Source: Rebecca billardiae RCC1528 (lineage: Eukaryota > Protista > Haptophyta). Taken from it: a DNA stretch of 64,000 nucleotides. The notes beneath the pieces were generated by a model, which did no database searches, was not told the origin of the DNA, and saw only the letters and a program-made list of their open reading frames with translations. Position numbers and translations under genes: made by a program. Shown here piece after piece: positions 57,601 to 64,000 of this stretch (position 1 is the first letter of the stretch; each line of letters opens with the position of its first letter). The stretch spans positions 1,364,001 to 1,428,000 of the forward strand of contig OZ251235.1 of the NCBI GenBank assembly GCA_965240325.2, given 5' to 3'.

Positions 57601-58939
57601 CGCGCGCCGCGTCGGTGAGCGCGCGCACCTCGGCGCGCTGCCGCTCGAGCTCGGCGGCCGTGGTGAAGTCCGGAGCGCCGCCGCCGCCGGACGCCGCCGC
57701 CGCCGCCGCCGCCGCCGCCGCGCCGCGCGCGAGCTCAGCGTGCGCCGCCGTCAGCCGGTCCCGTTCGCCCTGAGCAAGCTGGCGCGCGGCGCCGACGCGC
57801 GCGTCCGCCGCGCGCGCGGCGCGGTCGGTCTCGACGGCGGCGCGCGCGCGCTCCGCGCCGAGCAGCTCGGCGAAGCGCTCGCGCTCCGCCGCCGCCAGCG
57901 CGCGCTGCGCCTCGAGCTCGGCGGCGAGCGCGCGTGCCGTGCGCACGAGCTCGGCGCGAGACGGGTGCGGCGAGCCACCGGCCGGTTCCGCGTCCGCGTC
58001 CGCGTCCGCGCCCGCGCCCGCATACGCCGCGCCCGCGTCGGCGTCGGCGTCGGGCTCGAGCTCGGGATCGGCGGCGGCGGCGTGGTGCTCGGGCGTGCGC
58101 TCGTCCGCTGCGTCGAGCAGCGCGGCCGCCGCCGCCGCGCCGTCCGGCGCGCTGCCCGGCGTGCGCTCGCGAGCGCTCGCGTGCGCCGCCGCGGCCGAGG
58201 GCGCGGCGCCGCGCGCGGGCCGCGGCGTCGCGCCTGCCGCCGCGGCCGGCGCCGTGCCCGCCGTCGCGGCGCACGCGAGGACGAGGTCGCGCGCGGCGAG
58301 CTGCGCCTGCAGCTCCACCACCCAGCGCTCCAGCTCCGACTCGTCCACGCTGGAGCCCGCCGCCGCGCCGGCCGCGGAATCCTGTGCCAGCGCCGGCCGC
58401 ACTAGGCTGCCGCCCGCGGCGCCGCCAGGTGTGCTCTGCTCGGCCGCGCCGTCGAGCAGCGCGCCGAGCTGCTCGACGACGCGGTCGAGTCCATGGTCGA
58501 GCGAGTCGAACCGCTCCGCGCCGCCCCCCGAGCCGCGCAGCGCGCGCTCCGAGCGCAGCGCGCCAAGCTCCTCTCGAACGCGCCGCAGCCGCGCGCGCGC
58601 GCCGTCCTCGTCGTCGCCCCACGCGGGGCTTGGCGTGACGGGTGAGCCGGGGGCGCGCGCGGGCGGGCGCAGCGGCTCGGCCGAGCGCGATGCACGCCCG
58701 CCACTCGCCGGGCTCCGCGCGCCCGCGCTCCCGCCGCCGCTGCGCCGAGCGCGCGCGGGCGAGGGCGAGCGCCAGTGCGGCCGCGAGCCGAACCGTCCCG
58801 TGCTCTTGGCGCGCGCGTGCGGCGACGGCTCGTTCGTGATGTTGGACAGGGCGCGGCCGAGGCCGGGCGGGCGGCCGGGCGTCATCGCCGACGGGCCGAC
58901 CGCCGGCTCGGCCGCCTCGTCGTCGGCGTACACGTTCAT
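46712..58939 (-). CDS. Giant kinesin-14-like protein (~3,900 aa) with Ala/Arg/Glu-rich coiled coil and C-terminal motor; exons 58939-49067, 48746-48471, 48277-46712
   Basis: Neck/motor GALRVLCRVR, FSRVLGPGSTQAEVW, GATTSGKTYTL, EVYNGHVRDLL, NTRSSRAH, LVDLAGAE; two phase-0 GTGCGC...GCAG introns join the 3477-, 823- and 573-aa frames. Additional in-frame introns cannot be excluded. Confidence 0.78.
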
Positions 58940-59248
58940 CGGCGGCGCCAGCGCAGCGCGGCTGCGCCCATGCAAGCCGCTCGGCACCAGCTTCACCGTT
59001 GGCCAAGCTCCAATAAGCCAAATCTAGGATTCTATCGCAGGGTGTCCGCACTCGACACCGGGCGAAAGCCCGGCCGCGCGGCTGCGCGTGCCCCCACGGA
59101 CGAAGGCGACCGTTTGCAGGTCCGGCTCGGACGTACACTGGTCAAATCGTCAGCTCCCCGGACCGAGCGCTCTTTCTTCTACTCCACGACACAGATCATG
59201 ATCATCACTGCCGTACACACCGGGCCTGACCGGGCGCCGCCGCCGACG

Positions 59249-61252
59249 TCAGAAGCCCTGCAGGTCCGCGCCGCCCGGCGGCGGCACGTGCGGTCCCGCA
59301 GTGGCACCACCGTTGCCGCCTACCGGCCGAACCTCGGCCGAGCCCGCCCCGGTCTCACAGCCGTCGGCGCTGCCCCTGCGCCGCTCGGCGGACGGCGCGG
59401 CGGCGAGGAACAAAGGCATGCGCCGAATTGGGCTGAGCCTGAGAGGTGAGGTGGCGCCGGCGCCGTCCGGCTCAGCCGACCACGCGAGCGGCGTGTCGGC
59501 CTCGGTGCGAAGCTCGGTCTCGGGCATCGCGCCCCGCCGCGCCGGCACGAGGCCCGAGCGCACGCCGGCCAGCTCAGGCCGCGCGCGCCCCGGCGGGTCG
59601 CTGCGCGCGCCGCTCGCGGGCGTGGCCGGCTGCGTCGCCGCGGCCACGTCCTGTGCAGCCGTGCTCGGCGCGTGCGGCAGCGAGCAGGCGGGCGGTGCCG
59701 ACGTGGGCGGCGGCGGCGGCGAGCACGCCGTCGAGGGCGGCGGCAGCAGCGGCGGCTCCGCCGGAGCTGCGCGCATCGCCGACGCGTGCTCCTCGGCCGG
59801 GTGCGGATGCGCGGGCGGCGCGGCCAGGCTGAGCGATGCACCCAGCGCCGACGCTGAGCCAGCCGCGCCGCGCGCGTCGCCGGAGCCTGCGAGCGCGCCG
59901 GCGCCGGGAGCGGCGCCCGCCGGCGCGGCGCGCGACGCGAGGGCCGAGCCGTCGGGCGCGAGCACGTGCACCACGGGCACGAGCAGCGCGCGGCCCGACG
60001 CCGGACCGGCCGGTCCGGACCGCGGGAGTCCGGGCGGCGAGAGTCCGGGCGGCGGGAGTCCGGGAGGCGGAGGGGCCAGCTCGTACCACGGCGCAATCAG
60101 CAGAACGAGATCGCCCGGACGCGCGGCGGGCGCGCGCGCGCCGCGCTCGCGCGGCGTGAGCACGACGAACGGCTCGGCGTCCGCGGCGCAAGCGGGCGGG
60201 TAGATCCCACCGACGCCGCCGTCGGCCTCCGCCCCGCTGTCCGCCACGCCCACCGCGCCGCCGACGCCGTCGCCGCCGCTCGGCACGCCCGCGCGCACGC
60301 ACAGCAGGCAACTCGCAGCCGCCTCGAGCGAGCTCTCCCGGACTGCGGCGAGGAGGTGCGGGATCGAGCGTTGGCGCGCGGCGCCCACGACCGTGTCGAG
60401 GTCCGCCGTCGGGCCGAGCCCCAGCTGCACGCGCACAGCCGTGATCTCGTGCGCCTGCGTCGCCGCGAGCGTCGCGAGCCGGCCGCTGAGCGCGCCCGTC
60501 AGCCGCTTCCGCTTGCGGCCCGGCTTGGAGGTGCTCGGTGGCGTGTCGGAGGGGTCGGGCGGCGCGAGGCGGAGCTGGTCGACGAGGCCGCCCGCCGCGC
60601 GGAAGCTGGAGGTCGGCGGCGCGGGCGTCGCGACGGAGCGCGCGGCCGGCGTGCACGCCGGCGTTGCGCCGCTGCCCGGCGGCGCGGCGCGCGGCGCGGC
60701 CGCGGCGGTCGGAGCGCTGTCGGCGGCGGCGCTATTGTCCGGAGTGCACGCGGCGTCGAGCGAGAGCGGCCACGACGAGCGGCGGTCGTCGACGTCGGCG
60801 TATGCGTCGGCGTCGTCGTCACTCTCGATCGCGTCCGAGAGCGGCGCGGCGACGACCGACGGACGACGCACGCTCGCGGGGCCGAGGGGAGCCAGTGGAG
60901 CCTTGGGACGCGCGGGCGGCGCCGCCGGCGCGGGCAGCACCGCGTTGACGTGCTGGGCCGGCATCAGCGTGAGCTGCTTGGAGAACGGGCGAGCCGTCCG
61001 TGTGGTCGTCAGCCGCGAGCCCGGACGGACCGGCCCGAGGAAAGAGGCGGGGACGCGCCGGGCGCCGCCCGCCGGCAGACGCGCGGCACCGCCAGCGGCC
61101 AGGTTTGGCATCGCAACGCCATCGCCTGCGCTCGGCGGTGCGATGGGCGACGGGCTCGTGCGCGGCATGGCGCGATTCGCCTGCGGCGTCCACTCATCCG
61201 AGATCACCGGGCGCCACGCGCGCGGCGCCGCCTCGGGCGGGCTCTCGACCAT
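59249..61252 (-). CDS. Largely disordered protein with a SPIDR-like central segment
   Basis: KRKRLTGALSGRLATL and PGDLVLLIAPWYEL...RALL recall SPIDR GGLAERL and IxIxPPWQxL motifs; start codon uncertain. Confidence 0.5.
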   Translation of the reverse strand: MVESPPEAAPRAWRPVISDEWTPQANRAMPRTSPSPIAPPSAGDGVAMPNLAAGGAARLPAGGARRVPASFLGPVRPGSRLTTTRTARPFSKQLTLMPAQHVNAVLPAPAAPPARPKAPLAPLGPASVRRPSVVAAPLSDAIESDDDADAYADVDDRRSSWPLSLDAACTPDNSAAADSAPTAAAAPRAAPPGSGATPACTPAARSVATPAPPTSSFRAAGGLVDQLRLAPPDPSDTPPSTSKPGRKRKRLTGALSGRLATLAATQAHEITAVRVQLGLGPTADLDTVVGAARQRSIPHLLAAVRESSLEAAASCLLCVRAGVPSGGDGVGGAVGVADSGAEADGGVGGIYPPACAADAEPFVVLTPRERGARAPAARPGDLVLLIAPWYELAPPPPGLPPPGLSPPGLPRSGPAGPASGRALLVPVVHVLAPDGSALASRAAPAGAAPGAGALAGSGDARGAAGSASALGASLSLAAPPAHPHPAEEHASAMRAAPAEPPLLPPPSTACSPPPPPTSAPPACSLPHAPSTAAQDVAAATQPATPASGARSDPPGRARPELAGVRSGLVPARRGAMPETELRTEADTPLAWSAEPDGAGATSPLRLSPIRRMPLFLAAAPSAERRRGSADGCETGAGSAEVRPVGGNGGATAGPHVPPPGGADLQGF

Positions 61253-61463
61253 CCCCGCGCCGTCGCCGGTCTTATTGATGCTGCGCCAGTTCGCGCGCGC
61301 TCCGCGTTGAAGACTGCCCAACGATCAAGGAAGTGAGTAAGTGACGCGGCGGCCCCGGACGCGCTCGCCAGTTCGCTGTGCATTCCTGTGTGACTAATAA
61401 TTCGACTGAATTTCCGTAGTGAAAATGGTTTTCGTCGCTAGCACGCCTTCGAGCTCGGCGACG

Positions 61464-61835
61464 ATGGTGCTCTACGAGGTGGTGCTCACGGTGGACGCGC
61501 AAGCCGATGGGCAGCGCCTGCTGGACTTCCTGAAGCGCGCAGCGCGGCATGTGCTCACCCGATCGGGCAACGTCCGCAAGATCGAGAACTGGGGGGTGCG
61601 CCCGCTCGCCTACCGCGTGCGCAAGAACCAGCACAACCACGAGAGCGCGCGGTTCGTTTCGATGTGGATCGACGCACACCCGGTCGTGCTCAACGAGGTT
61701 GAGGACCTCGCGCGGTATAACCGCGACGTCCTTCGGCACAATTCGTTCCGACGAAAGTTCACGCTACCGAAGAACGATGGCTTCCTCGAATCGGAGGTGC
61801 GAAAGGCCATCGAGCGCAGCGAGGAGGCGAGGTGA
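61464..61835 (+). CDS. MRPS6: Bacterial-type ribosomal protein S6, probably mitochondrial
   Basis: MVLYEVVL, GNVRKIENWGVRPLAYRVRK, RDVLRH. Confidence 0.9.
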   Translation: MVLYEVVLTVDAQADGQRLLDFLKRAARHVLTRSGNVRKIENWGVRPLAYRVRKNQHNHESARFVSMWIDAHPVVLNEVEDLARYNRDVLRHNSFRRKFTLPKNDGFLESEVRKAIERSEEAR

Positions 61836-63098
61836 GGGCGGGGAATCGAGCGCCGGCCGTGCATCGTCGTCTGCCAGGAGCTCGGTGCGCTGCTGGACTG
61901 GTCGGACGATTTCAGCGGCTACTGTGCACCATCTGAGCGCGCGCTGCCGTCGCCAGCCATGGTGATGACGGCTGCTGGCCTCTCTGGCGTAGGCTGCCAA
62001 GCGGCTCAGAGTCAGAGTACTCAGGCTCACATCACTCGGTCATCACTCGGCCTCACGCCGTCACGACAGCGTGACTAACTCGCCGACTCGGCGCTGCAGA
62101 CCGGGCGCACGAGCAGTCTACTCACAGTCTGACAGTCCGCCCCGTATATTGACGACGAACGGTCGATGAAAACTTGCTACCAGGGGCAGTCTGAACCGTC
62201 AGCCATGAGTCATGGCGTCGACGCCGGGCCCCGCCCGGTGACGCCCCCCGGCGAGGCTTCAGCCTTCAGGCTTGGCAGGCAGCGACGCACGGCGTCGTGA
62301 GTCTCGTCAGTCACGGTGCGAACCGAACGAACCGCGAACGGCGCCGCCGCCGCGGCCGCGCCCGCGGCCGCGGCCGCGGCCGCGGGCGCGGGCCGACGTC
62401 GTGACCGTACTGACCGGCGTGCGGGCACTCATGGTCGCTCGCTCGGCGAAGCTTGGAGTGACTGTGACTGACTGCCGAGTGACGCCTTGCGATGCCGCAG
62501 CCTCTCCGCCGAGATTCTCGCCGAGAGAGTCTGGCCGCTCTAGATATCGTTGTGATGAATTATATTATTTGCATTTTTCGCGAGGACACTGACACTCTGA
62601 TGACTGAGTCTGATCACTGAGACAGAATCACTGATGACGGCAGCACGTCGGGGCTGACCACGAGTGACGGCTCCGACTGGCAGCGCTTACGCAGGAGCTC
62701 CGGGTATGCCAATGGCAGCTGCTGCAGTTGCGAGTCGTAGTTGCTCTTCTCACCCCCTCCCGCCCGCCCACACCCCCGCGGTGGGCTGCTAGTGCCGTGT
62801 TCGGTGCGCGGCACGGCCGGGCCCGGGCCGCCCTGCCGGCTGCGGGCAGCAGCTGCAGCGCGCGCTGCGGCGGCGGGGGCCGCAGCAGGGGGGTTCGCAG
62901 GAGTACTAGCTCGATATGCAGTGGAAACGGCGTGACTCTACAAGTCACAACTCGATCCTCCGCGACGGCGGCGGCAGCTGCCACTGCCGGCACTGGCTAG
63001 TCGCTGGGGCATTCGGCGCTGGCGCGCTGCCGCACATGAATACACATGTCGCTGGCTTGCCAGAGCTTGCAGACCCGACCGCCCTTTCTACCAGACTC

Positions 63099-64000
63099 AT
63101 TCTATGATTTAACGACACAGGTAGGACGGCGCAGGTCTCCTGATTCGTCGTCGGCAGTGCCCGATCGTCGACACGAAGTCGGCGTTGGTGGCAGAGCATA
63201 GCCTGCACCGCGATCGATTCGATCGAATGGCTTGAGCGCGGCCTTGAGCTGCTGGAGCGCGATCCACCTGCGCTGCGCGGCTCGCATGGACCTGCTGTGC
63301 CCCGAGCGAGGGCGAGGGTGCAGGTCCGGATGTCAGACGGCCGTCTCAGCCGCTGGGCCCTAGCGGGTGATCCGGCGGTGATGTAGTCGTCCCCGTGTGC
63401 CCTGCGCGGCCGCGTCCACGCTTGCCGCTCTGCTCAGCTGGCTTGCTGGCGGCGGCTGGCGCTGCTGCGGCGTGCAGGGTACGCTTTGCCCCCGACTGCT
63501 GCGCATCCTCGTCGTCCGAGTCGTCGTCCATGGACGAGTCTCGGTCCGCGTGGGGGACAGCAGCTGGAGCAGGCGCAGGTGCTGCGGGCAGAAAGGCTGC
63601 CAGCCGTGCCGCCTTGCGCTCCTGGCGTTTCTCGACGGCGCGCCGCGACGAGGTGCGGCGGCTCGATGGAGATCGAATCCGCCTGCCCTGCGCGTCACGC
63701 CGAGGCCCGCGCTTCCCGCGCCGAGGCTTCTTCTTCCGCTTCTGAGAGTGCTGCTGCTCGCCGTTTGCAGCCTGCACTCCAGTACCCGAGCCCTGCGCGG
63801 CGAGCAGGCACGCCGGCGGTGCCGACTTGCACACTCGGCGCGGGGCGGGATGCAGGGGAGCTTTAGAAGGCGCGCCACCACCTCCCTCGCGCCGCTGGCT
63901 GCCACCAGCGGGGGTTCCCTGTGGAGAAGCATCAGGCCCTTGCGCATCAGGCGGACGCACAGACACCGTCAGACGGACACTCCCATCTGGCAGGAGGGAG
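63099..64000. mobile_element. End of a longer ATTCTATGATT-family element containing a minus-strand ORF (stop at 63346) that stays open to the window edge
   Basis: 63099-63149 resembles 29100-29150; the frame of ORF 63346-63966 has no stop up to 64000 and encodes basic (KRKKKPRRGKR) and acidic patches. Confidence 0.45.

Noticed and set aside
62597-62640. CTGATGA words suggesting a hammerhead ribozyme or C/D snoRNA
   Set aside because: No GAAA core or flanking stems; explained by the local TGAC-rich composition.

Overview
Gene-dense, very GC-rich eukaryotic nuclear DNA with short GC-rich spliceosomal introns (mostly GTGCG...CAG). Composition, intron style and gene set suggest a microalga such as a haptophyte, but this is inference. 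About 20 protein genes can be supported: MetAP2, NOL9/Grc3 kinase, a WD40 protein, an FG-GAP/NERD1-like membrane protein, a GH33 sialidase-like protein, an M16A insulysin, an unknown protein with a permuted papain-like motif, an RI-type LRR protein, a GRDP/DUF1399 protein, a frameshifted Sel1-MYND gene, a GT92-like glycosyltransferase, a DUF1995 protein, a calreticulin-repeat/PDIA6-b-domain protein, LeuB, two more putative GT-like proteins, a PP2C, a ~3,900-aa kinesin-14-like protein, a SPIDR-like protein and mitochondrial RPS6. Intergenic islands hold several non-autonomous inverted-repeat elements (nested TIR elements at 39.1-42.5 kb, MITE-like units at 45.2-46.7 kb, a 340-bp foldback at 20.5-21.5 kb), a dispersed repeat family starting ATTCTATGATT, perfect palindromes, and a candidate pseudoknotted Pol III-type ncRNA at 35.6-35.9 kb. 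Most of the hundreds of listed ORFs are GC-driven shadow frames. All family calls come from motif recognition by eye; no searches were run.
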